Under the pieces are notes generated by a model. The model did not search any database, was not told the origin of the DNA, and saw only the letters and a list, made by a program, of their open reading frames with translations. The position numbers were made by a program, and so were the translations under genes. A DNA stretch of 64,000 nt, from NCBI GenBank assembly GCA_051313645.2, contig JBNRSN020000012.1:30132001-30196000 (forward strand), given 5' to 3'. Shown piece after piece: positions 35,766 through 47,411 of this stretch (the stretch's first letter is position 1; every line of letters begins with the position of its first letter). The stretch is from Centroscyllium fabricii (taxonomy: Eukaryota).

Positions 35766-38186
35766 ATAGTTTCAGGTCTAGGACCCTTCATCGGAACTGG
35801 AAAAAGCTGGAAATGTAACAGCTATTAAGCATGTGCAGAGACAGTTGGGGTGGGGGGTGCAGTTTTCACTATCCCCTCTGACCTTCCCCTCTCTGACCCC
35901 AAATGATCAGTCCTCAGCCTGAGCTTCATCCCCTTATGCCCCCATCTGAATGAATTTCGAGCTCGGCAGGATGCTGAGCTCTTTTTCCGTCACCTTCGTC
36001 TCCGTGCCCACTTCTTTGACCAGGAGTCTTCCCCCCGCACGGCTGACCCTTTCTCCCGCTTTCTAAATTCTCATTTTACTTGGACCCCTCCTTCTGGCCT
36101 CTTACCCTCTCTAGATCTTTTCATTGCTAACTGCCGACGTGACATCGGCTGTCTCAATTTCTCTGCTCCCCTCTTTCACTCCAACCTACCTCCTTCTGAA
36201 CTTGCAGTACTCCGTTCTCTCCGATCCAACCCTAACATTATTATTAAACCTGCTGATAAGGGTGGTGCTGTTGTTGTTCGGTGAACCGACCTCTACTGTG
36301 TGGAAGCTGAATGGCAACTCTCTGACACCTCCTCCTACCTCCACCTGGACCATGACCCCACTAGCAAACATCAAGACATTGTTTCCAAGACTGTCACTGA
36401 CCTCATCCCCTGGAGATCTTCCCCCTACGGCCGCCAACCTCCTAGTTCCCCAACCCCGCACAGCCCGCTTCTCCCTCCTTCCCAAGATCCAGAAACAGGA
36501 CTGCCCTGGTAGACCCATCATTTCAGCCTGTTCCTGCCCCACGGAACTTATCTCTTCCTATCTCGACTCTTTTTTCTCCCCTTGTCCACTATCTTCCCAC
36601 CTACATTTGCGACTCTTCCGACGCCTTCCGCCACTTTAACAGTTTCCAGTTTCCTGGCCCCAACCGTTTCCTTTTCACTGGACGTACAATCCCTTTACAT
36701 CTCCATTGCTCACCAGGATGGCCATAGGGCGCTCTGTTTCTTCCTTGAACAGAGGCCCAACCAGTCCCCATCCACCACCACCCTCCACTGCCTGGTTGAA
36801 CTTGTTCTCACATTGAACAACTTCTCCTCTGACTCCACTCATTTCCTCCAAATCAAAGGTGATACTATGGGAACCCGCATGGGTCCCAGCTAGGTGTGCC
36901 TGTTCATGGGATATGTGGAACACTATTTGTTCCAGTCCTACTCAGGTCCCCTCCCTCACCTCTTTTTCCAGTACATTGATGACTATATTGGTGCCGTTTC
37001 CTGCTCTCGCCCTGAACTAGATTCACTTTACTTCCAATTTTCACCCTTCCCTCACCTTCACATGGTCCATCTCCAACTCTTCCCTTCCCTTCCTTGACTT
37101 CTCCGTCTCCATTTCTGGCGATCGGCTTTCGACAAACATCCACTACAAGCCCACCAACTCCCACAGCTACCTGGACTGCACTTCCTCCCACCCCGCTTCC
37201 TGTAAGGACTCTATTCCATTCTCCCAGTTTCTCCGTCTCCGCCGCACCTGTTCTGCCGATGCCACCTTCCATACCAGTGCTTCCAACTTGTCTTCCTTTT
37301 TCCTCAACCGAGGATTCCCCTCTACTGTGGTTGACACAGCCCTTGACCGTGACCATTCCATTTCCCGCACTACTGTTCTCACCCCTTCCCCTCCCTCCCA
37401 GAACCACGATAGGGTTCCCCTTGTCCTCACCTTTCACCCCACCAGCCTCCACATTCAAGGGATCATACTCCACCATTTCCACCACCTCCAACGTGATCCC
37501 ACCACCAAACACATCTTCTCCTCACCTCCCCTTTCAGCATTCTGAAGGGATCGCTCCCTGCGCGACACCCTGGTCCACTCCTCAATCACCCCTAACAGCC
37601 CTTCTCCATCACCTGGCACCTTCCCGTACAAGCGCAGGAGATGCAACACCTGCCCTTTTACCTCCTCCCTTCCCACTCTCCAGGGCCCCAGACACCCCTT
37701 CCAGGTGAAAAAGCGATTTACTTGTACTTCTTGCTATTTAATATACTGTATTCACTGATCACGATGCGGCCTCCTCTACATTGGGGAGACCAAACGCAGA
37801 TTGGGTGACCGCTTTGCGGAATACCTCCGTTCAGTCCGTAAGGGTGACCCTGAGCTTCCGGTCGCCTGTCACTTTAATTCTCCGCTTCACTCCCACTCTG
37901 ATCTCTCTGTCCTCGGCCTCTTACACTGTTCCAGTGAAACTCAACGTAAGCTTGAGGAACAGCACCTCATTTTTCGATTAGGCTCTTTACAGCCATCCGG
38001 GCACAATATCGAGTTCAACAATTTCAGATAGTAATCCCTGCCCCCATTTTTCATGCTGTATGATTTTGCCATTCCCATTTGTTACATTTTCACAGCATGT
38101 TCTTTCAATCCTTCCTCCCCTCCAACCACCGCCCCACCCAACTGTCTCTGCACCTGCTTAATATCTGTTACATTTCCAGTTTATTA

Positions 38187-38216
38187 CAGTTCTGATGAAG
38201 GGTCCAGAACCCGAAA
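38187..38216 (+). ncRNA. Degenerate minimal hammerhead ribozyme in the Penelope pLTR
   Basis: CTGATGA-A-GGGT-CCAGA-ACCC-GAAA; cleavage-site segment deleted. Confidence 0.55.
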
Positions 38217-38391
38217 TCTGTTTCTCTCTCCATGAATGCTGCCTGACATGAGTATTTCCGGCATTTTCTGTTATTATTTCAGATTTCCAGCATCCGCAGT
38301 ATTTTGCTATTATATTTATTTTACATCAGTTCCTTTACTTCGCGGTTTTCAGAGTTCACCGGATTATCAGCTGCTCTGATTATTATTGCTG

Positions 38392-38955
38392 TGATAGCAA
38401 AATACTGCGGATGCTGGAAATCTGAAATAACAACAGAAAATGCTGGAGAAACTCAGCAGGCCAGGCAGCATCGGTGGAGAGAGAAACAGAGTTAACGTTT
38501 CAGGTCGCTGACGTTTCGTCAGAGCTGGAAAAAACAGGAGAGTGGAGAGATTTTAAAGCAAGTAGGGGCTGGGGAAAGGGGGAGGGGGGTGAAAGAACAA
38601 AAGGGAGGGTCAGCGACAGGATAGAAAGCGGGAGAGAGGAAGAGACATTGAGAGACTTGAAGAGGTATTCAAGAAACACAGGATGCCTGGATGAAGTGTG
38701 AATGGCTCTGGCAGAGAGAAGAAAAAAGCCCAGACGAAAGTGTGGATTAAAAAAAGGAGAAAATATATACAAGTGTATATATATAAATATGTGATAGGGG
38801 CCGAGGTTATGATTTGAAATTGTTGAACTCTATGTTTAGTCCAGAGGGCTGTAGAATGCCTAAGTGAAAGATGAGATGTCTACTTGCTTTAAAATCTATC
38901 CCCTCTCCTGCTTTTTCCAGTTCTGATGTAAGGTCCTCGACCTGAAACGTTAACT
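38392..38955. mobile_element. Second Penelope-derived insertion with inverted pLTRs and hammerhead cores (38490-38526 minus, 38918-38955 plus)
   Basis: CTGACGA..GAAACGTTAACT and CTGATGT..GAAACGTTAACT; flanking duplication CTCTGATTATTATTG. Confidence 0.65.
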
Positions 38956-39061
38956 CTGATTATTATTGTTCCCTGTTTCTCCCCCTCTCCAAAATCTGCT
39001 GTGTGACATTTCCTAATTTTTCTTTTGATTACTCAATATTCCCTTCTGTCGACAAAGTATC

Positions 39062-39816
39062 GGGCCCTGTTTTCCTGTGCTCCAGAGGAGCTGCACACCC
39101 ACGAAGGTGGTTCAGAAATGCTTCGTGGGTGTGAAGCACGGGTGATTCCCAGAAACGTCAATTTCCTGTGCTGATGGGGAAGGAGCTTCAGCTTTCAACG
39201 CAGGAAGACTTTGAACTGCCGATTTCCTGTGGCAGCTGCTCAAAATGCGTGTGTTATCACGTGGACATTTCTGTGCTGAGCTGCACATTTAGAAAGCAGT
39301 CTTAATCACCTTACAGTGCGTTGTGAAGTGGAGAAACACGTTTAAAGGTAAGTTTTTTTTTGATTCCTTTGCAGATATTTGTCTGTGGTCTTTCAGCTTT
39401 TAAATGGTAGGGGTTTTTTTTGGTGGAAGTGAAAAAAAAACGGGTTTTTAACGCGATTTCAGCAGCTCTGGTGGCCAACAGAGCTGCTGAAATCGCGTTA
39501 AAAACCCGTTTTTTTCACTTCCACAAAAAAAACCCCTACCATTTAAAAGCTGAAACTTTTGATTCCTTTGCAGATATTTGTCTGTGGTCTGTGCTTTGTG
39601 CGGGGGGGAAAGCCGACCTCAGTGGGCGTGGCCTGCTCACAACCCACGCACAAAGCACCACGCACGAACAAAAGCCAGACCCCTACGCAGCACAAAAAAA
39701 CGGCATTTTTAACAGGAAATCTGCGTCAAAAAAAAATAAAAAAATTACGTGCGCGTGCGCCGCGGGTGCACGGGAGCGCGCACCCGCAGCAAACGGGCCA
39801 CAGGAAAACAGGGCCC
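39062..39816. mobile_element. Harbinger-type MITE with internal hairpin (complete copy)
   Basis: 18-bp TIR GGGCCCTGTTTTCCTGTG; 3-bp TSD ATC; palindrome ~39391-39555. Confidence 0.85.
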
Positions 39817-40036
39817 ATCGAATCATAGAATCCTACAGCACAGAAGGAGGCCATTCCTCAGACAAGAATCTACATCGAGCAGGACTAGTCAAGAATCTAT
39901 ATAAAGCAGAGCTTTATCCACCTTTTGGATGAGATGTTAAACCGACGCCCCATTTGCTTTCTCAGGTCGATGTACAAGATCCCATTGCACTATTTTGAAG
40001 AAAAGCAGAGGAGTTATCCCCAATGTCCTGGACAAT

Positions 40037-40767
40037 GGCCCAGAAATTGCAGTGGAGCCTTCGTGCGGGTGCAAAACCTGCTTAACGCACTTTAATTGCC
40101 CATATTCAGTTTTGCTTTTTTGCACTGAGAAATTCCCGTTAGCCCAGCCTGTCAGAGCTCCATACGAGTTTCATGGGCATCTGAAGGGCGTAATTAGTGC
40201 GAAGTGGCTTTTGAGACCATCTGATTGGCAGGGAGCCAATCAGTGGAAGCAATCCTCCGTTCAAAACTTCCACAGAGAAATCTGTGCGAGTTTTGAAAAG
40301 GGATAATCTCAAAAGACATCTAAACACAAAAATAAAATTTTACAAACACCCCATTTTTTAAACATTACCCCAACTAACACAAATAACCTATTTTAAAGAA
40401 AAAATAAAAGTTTGCAGAAAAACTTTTCAACTTCCAGCAGGTCTAAAAAAATACTTACCTGTCTTTAAAGTTATCAACAATTAAAAACCTGAAAAAACAA
40501 CAATTAAAATCAATAAAATACACACTTACCAGATGAAAACGGGTGTTTACGACTCCTATTTTCCAGCGTTGAATTTTCTGCTCTTGGTCCGTAGAAAAAC
40601 TTTAAAAAAATATCGGAAAGTCTGGGCGCTCCCGTAGTTCGCTGCTTCCTGCGCTGGACCTCGCAGGAAGCAGCGACCCCCCCCCCCCCCCGCTGGGCGG
40701 CACAGGAAAACCCGAAGCGTGCGCTACCGGCTTAAACCCGATATGCGCAGACTGCAATTTCTGGGCC
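40037..40767. mobile_element. MITE with GGCCCAGAAATTGCAGT termini (family A)
   Basis: 17-bp perfect TIR; flanks AAT / ATT; sister copies 48720-49482 and 53919-54672. Confidence 0.85.
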
Positions 40768-41149
40768 ATTATCCCTCAATCAAAATAACAAATAGTTTAC
40801 CTGGTTATTATCACATAACTGTTTGTGGGAGCTTGTTGTGCACAAATTGGCTGCTGTGTTTCCTAAATTACAACAGTGACTACACTTCAAAAAGTACTCC
40901 AAAGTTCAACAGCACCTTCCAAACCCACGACCTCTACCACTTAGAAGGACAAGGGCGGCAGACGCATGGGAACAGCACCACCTACAAGTTCCCCTCCAAG
41001 CCACACACCATCCTGACTTGGACCTGTATCGCCGCTCCTTCACTGTCGCTGGGCCAAAAATCCTGGAACGCCCTTCCTAACAACATTGTGGGTGTACCTA
41101 CACCATATGGGCTGCAGCGGTTCAAGAAGGTGGTTCACCACCATCTTCT

Positions 41150-41540
41150 GGGCGGCACGGTGGCATAGTGGTTAGCACTGTTGCCTTACAGCACTAGAGA
41201 CCCGGGTTCAAATCCAGCCTCGGGTACTATCTGTGTGGAGTTTGCACGTTCTCCCCGTGTCTGCGTGGGTTTTCTCCGGGTGCTCCGGTTTCCTCCCACA
41301 GTCCAAAGATGTGCAGGTTAAGTTGATTGGCCAGGATAAATTGACCCTTAGTGTTAGGGGGATTGAATATGTGAGGTTACGGGGATAGGGTGGGATATGT
41401 GTCGTTGCAGGCTCGATGGGGATATGGGGACAAGGCAGGGACAGGGTGCTGGGTTTGGATGATCAGCCATGATCTCATTGAATGGCGGAGCAGGCTCGAA
41501 GGGCCGAATGGCCTACTCCTGCTCCTATCTTCTATGTTTC
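41150..41540 (+). mobile_element. HE1-type V-SINE
   Basis: Same as other copies; inserted in a CR1-group 3' end. Confidence 0.85.
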
Positions 41541-42049
41541 TCAAGGGCAATTAGGGATGGACACTAAATGCAGGCCTAGCCAGCCAACGACACCCACATC
41601 CCATCAATTAATTAAAAAAAATCTCCATTGGCTGTAAAGCACTTTGGGACATCCTGAGGTGAAAGGTGCTCCATAAATGTAAGTCTTTCTTCCTTTCTTA
41701 CAGAACCAGTCAAGAATCCATGTAATGCAGAGCTAGCTAAGAATCTTTATATACAGAACTAGCCAAAATGGCTGCTTTCTGGTGGTGGCGATGGGGGGGT
41801 GGGGGCAATAACTCAGTGGAGTTGCTGCTAATGGCCAACTGAAAGTGACATTGGCAGAGCCTGGTCACCTACGGTAGACATGTGGCTTGGTGAGACCAAA
41901 TGGTGCTGGTGAAAATGGTATAGAATACGCAGCCAGTCAAGAATCTGTACAGTATAGAGTTAATAAGAAAGCTAATCTGCCATTTGCCGATGAAGAGGTG
42001 GAGAGTATCATATCTGTTGGAAACGATCAAAATCTGGTCTTCCTAAGGT

Positions 42050-42640
42050 CTGCTGTTCTTTAGTTCAATGGTACCACTCTTGCTTCTAAGTCCGAAGGTT
42101 GTGGGTTCAAGTTCCCCTTCTGAGACTTGAGCATACAATCCATGAAAAAAATAAATTCAACTTTATTGTCATTATACAATGTACAAGTACATGAGCAACA
42201 AAATGTGATCTTGCAAGCTCCCAAGAGTCCAGCAAAGCTGCTGCATCTGTGCGCGCCGCCATTCCATCTTTTCCATCATTCCGACAATCTTCAGCCAACC
42301 GGCCCCCCACCCCGGGGCTCCTTTCGTGACCTTCTGCAACTGGTATTCCCTGGTGGTCACCCAGCCAAGTACTAACCAGGCCTAGCTTCCAAGCCTTGCC
42401 AGTGACCCTGTCCCTAGTCCCAGGAACAGGGCTTGAGTGCAGTATGGAGGGAGTGGTGAACTTTCGGAGGTGCTATTGCTCAGATGAAACGTTAAGCTAT
42501 GGTCCTGTCTGCCCCCTCAAGTGGACATAAATGATTCAATGGCACTATTCAAAGAAGTAAATGGAGTTTTCCCAAAGTCTTGGCTAATATTTATCCCTCA
42601 ACGAACATCACTAAAAATCAGAATATCTGCTCATTTATCT
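42050..42640 (+). mobile_element. SacSINE1-like DeuSINE, degraded
   Basis: GGTTGTGGGTTCAAG..GAGACTTGAGC head, CGGAGGTGC..GATGAAACGTTAA core. Confidence 0.6.
42142..42428 (-). mobile_element. 5S rRNA-derived SINE (SINE3-like) with Rex1-type tail
   Basis: Minus-strand GGAAGCTA-GGCCTGGTTAGTACTTGGCTGGGTGACCACCAGGGAATACC matches the 5S internal control region; tail AATGACAATAAAGTTGAA. Confidence 0.7.
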
Positions 42641-42891
42641 CGTCGGAACAGGAGTAGGCCATTCACCCCCTTGAGCCTGTCCCATTCAAGTAGAACATGG
42701 CTGTTCTGTACCTCAACTCGATTTATGCACCTTAGCTCCATATCCCTTGATGCCCTTACCTATCACAAACTATCAATCTCAGTCTCGAAAGCTCCAATTG
42801 TCCCAGCATCCATAGCATTTGGGGGGAAAAAGTTCCACTCTCATTGTTGTTTGTGAAAGTTTGATGTGTGCAAATGGCTGAAAAGGAAATA

Positions 42892-43423
42892 CAGGTTGTG
42901 CAAGATTAATCCGCCACGGGCGGGACCAGGCCCGTGCCGGGATACAGAAAAAACGGGGAGAACGAGGTTGGACACTGCGCATGCGCACCTTTCAAAATGG
43001 TCGCGCGCATGCGCACAACATTGGGATTGGCTGGCGCGCGCATGCGCAGATCGGGCCCGGGTCCGCCTTCCCTCTCCATCGCCTTTCGGGTTGCTGCTGC
43101 CGCCGAGCCGGACTCAGGCTGACAGCTGTTGCCTAGTGACTGTCCGCCTCAGTCACGTGGCTCAGCTGTCGAGAATATAACCGGCGGCCGTATTGAATTA
43201 TCTGCGCATGCGCTAACCGTCCGGCGACGCATGCGCAGATCATTCAAAACACCCGGCAGCCGTTTTGAATGATCTGCGCATGCGCTCGGCGCATGCGCAG
43301 ATCATTCACCGAAGCCACGATGGCGGCGGCCATCTTGCGCATGCGCAGTGCAGTCGGGGCAATTTGTGCCGGCAGACTGAAGCTGCCGGCTATTCGGGAC
43401 ACGGATTTTCGGTGCACAACCTG
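42892..43423. mobile_element. Tc1/mariner-type MITE, CpG-rich
   Basis: TIR CAGGTTGTGCA / TGCACAACCTG flanked by TA on both sides. Confidence 0.75.
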
Positions 43424-43849
43424 TAGTAGAATGATTACCAAAGCAATAATTTGAAACTTTACATTATGCTTTACATTTTGCCCTTATACCTTGTAATACT
43501 TCTTTGTACAGTACAAGAGTGACACGCATCTAAATGTCTCAATTGGCTGTGAATCACTTTAGGACATCCTGAGGATGTGAAAAGCGCGATATAACTGCAA
43601 ATTATTCTATTCTTTTTCAAGTTTAATCCAGATTTGGACCTAAGACATCAAATAACACTGGAGCAATTGCTGGAGGTAAATTCTCCACATGCAGCAGAAT
43701 ATGGAATGGCCAACTCAATATAATCCGCAAAATATATCACACCCCACCCCCGACATATTCCCGGATCACACTGCTCCCTGGCAGGAGTGGGATTGTTAGA
43801 GGGGCTGCTCACATTTCCTCGTATTCTGGTGAAGCCTCAGCATCCAACT

Positions 43850-44185
43850 ATTCTCTGTAATCTCCTCCAGCCCTGCAACCCTCTGAGATATCTGTGCTCA
43901 TCCAATTCTGGCCTCTTGAGCACCCCCGATTTTAATCGCTGCACCATCGGCTGCCGTGCCTTAATTTGCCAAGGCCCTGAGCTCCGGGTTTCCCTCCCTA
44001 AACCTCTCCACCTCTCTCTCCTCCTTTAAAACACTCTTTAAAACTTACCTCTTTTCTGCCCTAATATCTCCTTATGTGGCTCGGTGTCAAATTTGGTTTG
44101 ATAATCGCACCTGTGCAGCGCCTTGGGATGTTTTACTACTTTAAAGGCGCTATATAAATACACGTTGTTGTTGTTGTTGTTGTTG
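43850..44185 (+). mobile_element. L2 LINE 3' fragment
   Basis: LCNLLQPCNPLRYLCS..CTIGCRA; (GTT)n tail; homologous to 2490-2890. Confidence 0.75.
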
Positions 44186-44232
44186 TATTCTGAATAGCAA
44201 CGAGAGTTGCATCTCAGGGTAGATTTTCAGAA

Positions 44233-44465
44233 TAGAAACATAGAAACTAGGAGCAGGAGTAGGCCATTCGGCCCTTCGAGCCTGCTCCGCCATTCAATGA
44301 GATCATGGCTGATCATACAAACCCAGTACCCCGCCCCTGCCCTCTCCCCATATCCCTATCGAGCCTGCATCGACACATATCCCACCCTATCCCCGTAACC
44401 CCACATATTCAATCACCCAAACACGAAGGGTCAATTTATCCTGGCCAATCAACCTAACCCGCACA
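44233..44465 (-). mobile_element. HE1-type SINE, 5'-truncated
   Basis: Reverse complement of the HE1 3' half. Confidence 0.8.
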
Positions 44466-44713
44466 AATAGATGGACAGAAAATTGTGGCTTGCGTGTCTA
44501 CAGTTTTCTGATCTGTGCTTGCCATAGGCAGGCAATCTGAAACTCTCCCCTATTAGATCAAAGTGGACCAAAGAGTCTGCAAGTGGATCTGAAAAAAGAA
44601 CTTTCTCTCTTTCAGGTTAAGGTGTCGCAAAGTAGAAGGACAAAAGAAAGCATAGTCTAAATGTTCAAATGATTGCCTTGGTAATCATTTTACTGTCTCC
44701 CTGTAGAATCATA

Positions 44714-45422
44714 GGACGTGAAATTGGCGGTCTAGCGCCGGCCCATTAGCGCCCGAAAATGGGCGCAAGCGGTTTTAGTGCCGGGCGCAAAATTCGTCAG
44801 GCAAACGCTGCCGGCGCTAACTGTTAGCGCCCACTGCTGGGCGCACGTCAATCAGCTGCTGATTTCATCGTACAACGCCCGTCCCCAGGGCTGCACTGGA
44901 AATTCACCAACGCCCACCTACCTCAGGCGCAGTGCTGCCCGTGCCAGCTTTGATGAACGCAGCCGACGCGATGTGGGGCCGCTGGGGCGGTATTTAAAGG
45001 GAGACACTTCCTCCCTTTGCTGTGGCAGCCATTTTGGGAGATTTAGGGAGCAGAGAGAGACGGAGGTTTTCAGAGAGGAGAAACTTTCACACAGACACTG
45101 CTTTTGTCAGAGGAAAAAGTTTTACAGAGAGACGGCGGGGAGTGCCTGGAATGTGAGGAAGACCCTCCCCCTTTAAGAGGTGACCGGCACCGGCGTTTCG
45201 GGGATGGCCAGGAGTGGCAGATGGAGTGCTGCGCCTACGCTCGCTGCTAGCGCCTGAATATTCGCCGTTTGCGCCCGTGCAATGCCTGATTTAGTGCTGC
45301 AATCTGCAACGCGGGCGCTAAAGCCAATATCGGGAGTTCGGGCGCTAATTTGCGCCCGGCGCTAATTTTAGTGCTGCGCCCGCTGCAGCGCCCGAAAACA
45401 TGCGCTGATGAATTTAGCCCCC
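44714..45422. mobile_element. Harbinger-type MITE (GCGCCC/GCGCTA-rich)
   Basis: GGACGTGAAATT...AATTTAGCCCCC; 3-bp TSD ATA; multiple subterminal GGGCGC repeats. Confidence 0.7.
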
Positions 45423-45567
45423 ATACAATCATACAACACAGAAGAAAGCCTATTCAGCCCATCCTGCCTCTACCAGCTCTTTAACAGACCGATCCAATTA
45501 GTCCCATTCCACTGCTCTTTCCCCATATCCCTGCAACTTTTTCCCCTCAAGTATTTATGCAATTCCC

Positions 45568-46081
45568 TGATGCACAATCAATTACAACCAGTCAATGGTT
45601 TGATGCAACCGAGGCTTTTATTAGCTCAGAACTGTTACTACAGGTCTAGGCGAATCTTCAAGGTTAAAGTAAAAGCGAAAGAAACAGTGTGCAGATTTAT
45701 ACCTGTGGTGTAATCTGATAGGATAATGGCAAGGTGCATTAGCATAATGGCAAGGGGCATTATGGGAGGGTCAAAGTACATTACTTGAGGTTCCGGGTGA
45801 CAGAAAACAAGAGGGAAACTGAAACCAAAAGTACTGTGTAACATGTGTTCTGGTTGCTGGAATAAAAGACACAAAAGATATACACTCTTGATGTTTTTGC
45901 CCACGTGCAAGTTTGAATAATACGACAATACCCAGGTAAGTGGATGGAGCCTGGAAGGGAAGCTGAGGAGCTGAGTCCTCCCAGACAAGAAGTTATAACC
46001 TATATACAGGCATTGTAATTACAAGGAGGAGACACAAGGGGGAGACATTATACAATATATACAATATGGTGGTTTACCACA
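45568..46081 (-). mobile_element. Solo LTR related to the Mag-like family
   Basis: Minus-strand TGTGGTAAACC...GCATCA; 5-bp TSD TTCCC; AATAAAAGCC. Confidence 0.8.
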
Positions 46082-46649
46082 TTCCCTTTTGAAGGTCACT
46101 ATTGAATCTGCTTCCACCGTCCTTTCAGGCCGTGCATTCCAGATCATCATAACTCGCTGTGTAAAAAGAAATTCTCCTCATTTCCCCTCTAGTCCTTTTG
46201 CCAATGACCTTAAATCTGTGTCCTTTGGTTACCAACTCTTATGCCAGTGAAAACAAATTCACATTATTTACTCTAACAAAATCCTTCATAATTTTGAACG
46301 CCTCTATTAAATTTCCCCTCAACCTTTTCTGCTCTCAGGCGATATCGGGATGCTCATAGACAGTTTTGTTTCATCTTTCACAGGTGTAAGTGTTACAGAT
46401 GAGGCCCACTGGGGCAGGGACAGTTTATATTTCCCTATATTTTCAAGTTGTCAGTGGTTATGCTCACACTTGTGAGGCAGAAGATGACATGACATTTTCA
46501 TGAATGACCCGAGTCCCTTTAACTAGTAATGTGTCACCTTGGAAATCTTTTTGAGGCATTGTGCACATGCATTTAAAAACAACCTTCTCACCGCAGCCAT
46601 CTTTTAAGGGATGGAAGAGATTAGATTGCTCTCTCTCCCCTGTGTATAT

Positions 46650-47341
46650 TGTGGTAAACCACTCTTTCCTGTATATATCCACCCTGTTATGTATATATTT
46701 GTATTACTGTAATCGTACTATTCTCCATGTTGTACCATGGCCCATTGTGTGCGATTACCTGGACATGCCGGACGGGCGGCACAGTGGCACAGCGGTTAGC
46801 ACTGTTGTCTCACAGCACAGCACTGGAGACCCGGGTTCAAATCCAGCCTCGGGTACTATCTGTGTGGAGTTTGCACATTCTCCCCGTGTCTGTGTGGGTT
46901 TCCTCCAGGTGCTCCGGTTTCCTCCCACAGTCCAAAGATGTGCGGGTTAGGTTGATTGGCCAGGATAAATTGACCCTTAGTGTTAGGGGGATTGAATATG
47001 TGGGGTTACGGGGATAGGGTGAGATATGTGTCCGTGCAGGCTCGATAGGGATCAAGGGATATGGGGAGAGGGCAGGGGCGGGGTACTGGGTTTGTATGAT
47101 CAGCCATGATCTCATTGAATGGCGGAGCAGGCTCGAAGGGCCGAATGGCCTACTCCTGCTCCTAGTTTCTATGTTTCTATGTTTCTATGCCCATGGAGGA
47201 GGTACATAAGCGGCCGTCTCCCATCCCCCTGCCATTCCTGGGGACGGTCGACTAGCTGGTGCATGTCCACCTTTAGCGAATAAAAGCTGTATTGTTTTAC
47301 CCTTCTAACTACTCGTCCACGAGGTCGTTATTTCGGTCACA
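46650..47341 (+). mobile_element. Solo LTR closely related to element 1, with an HE1 SINE (46773-47189) inside
   Basis: TGTGGTAAACCAC...ACTACTCGTCCACGAGGTCGTTATTTCGGTCACA, same 3' end as the element 1 LTR; TSD TATAT. Confidence 0.9.
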
Positions 47342-47374
47342 TATATATGTGCTGTCTTCATATTAACTTCTCTT

Positions 47375-47411
47375 TCACCTGAGGAAGGAGCAGCGCTCCG
47401 AAAGCTTGTGA
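47375..47411 (+). ncRNA. Minimal type I hammerhead ribozyme in a Penelope pLTR fragment (47372-47500)
   Basis: Stem I TCAC/GTGA, CTGAGGA, stem II GGAGC/GCTCC, GAAA, palindromic AAGCTT stem III. Confidence 0.7.

Larger units (their letters stand above)
34920..38305 (+). mobile_element. Penelope-like element (RT + GIY-YIG endonuclease) with inverted 5' pLTR
   Basis: KPADKGGAVV, LDVQSLY, GTRMGPS, YIDD, LLYIGETKRRLGDRFAEY..EEQHLIFRLGSLQPSGHN; inverted copy of the 3' end at 34920-35008 + 35766-35860; many stops and frameshifts. Confidence 0.9.
39915..41695 (+). mobile_element. SacSINE1-like DeuSINE fragment hosting a MITE, a CR1-group fragment (40905-41615) and an HE1 SINE
   Basis: GATGAGATGTTAAACCG..GTTTGTGGGAGCTTGTTGTGCACAAATTGGCTGC..ATTGGCTGTAAAGCACTTTGGGAC pieces rejoin after removing the inserts. 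Confidence 0.65.

Noticed and set aside
42330-42393. 5S rRNA gene
   Set aside because: Only the 3' half, with a deletion and no 5' end or terminator; it is a SINE head
44616-44680. Candidate host coding exon after TTCTCTCTTTCAG
   Set aside because: Stop codons in all three frames
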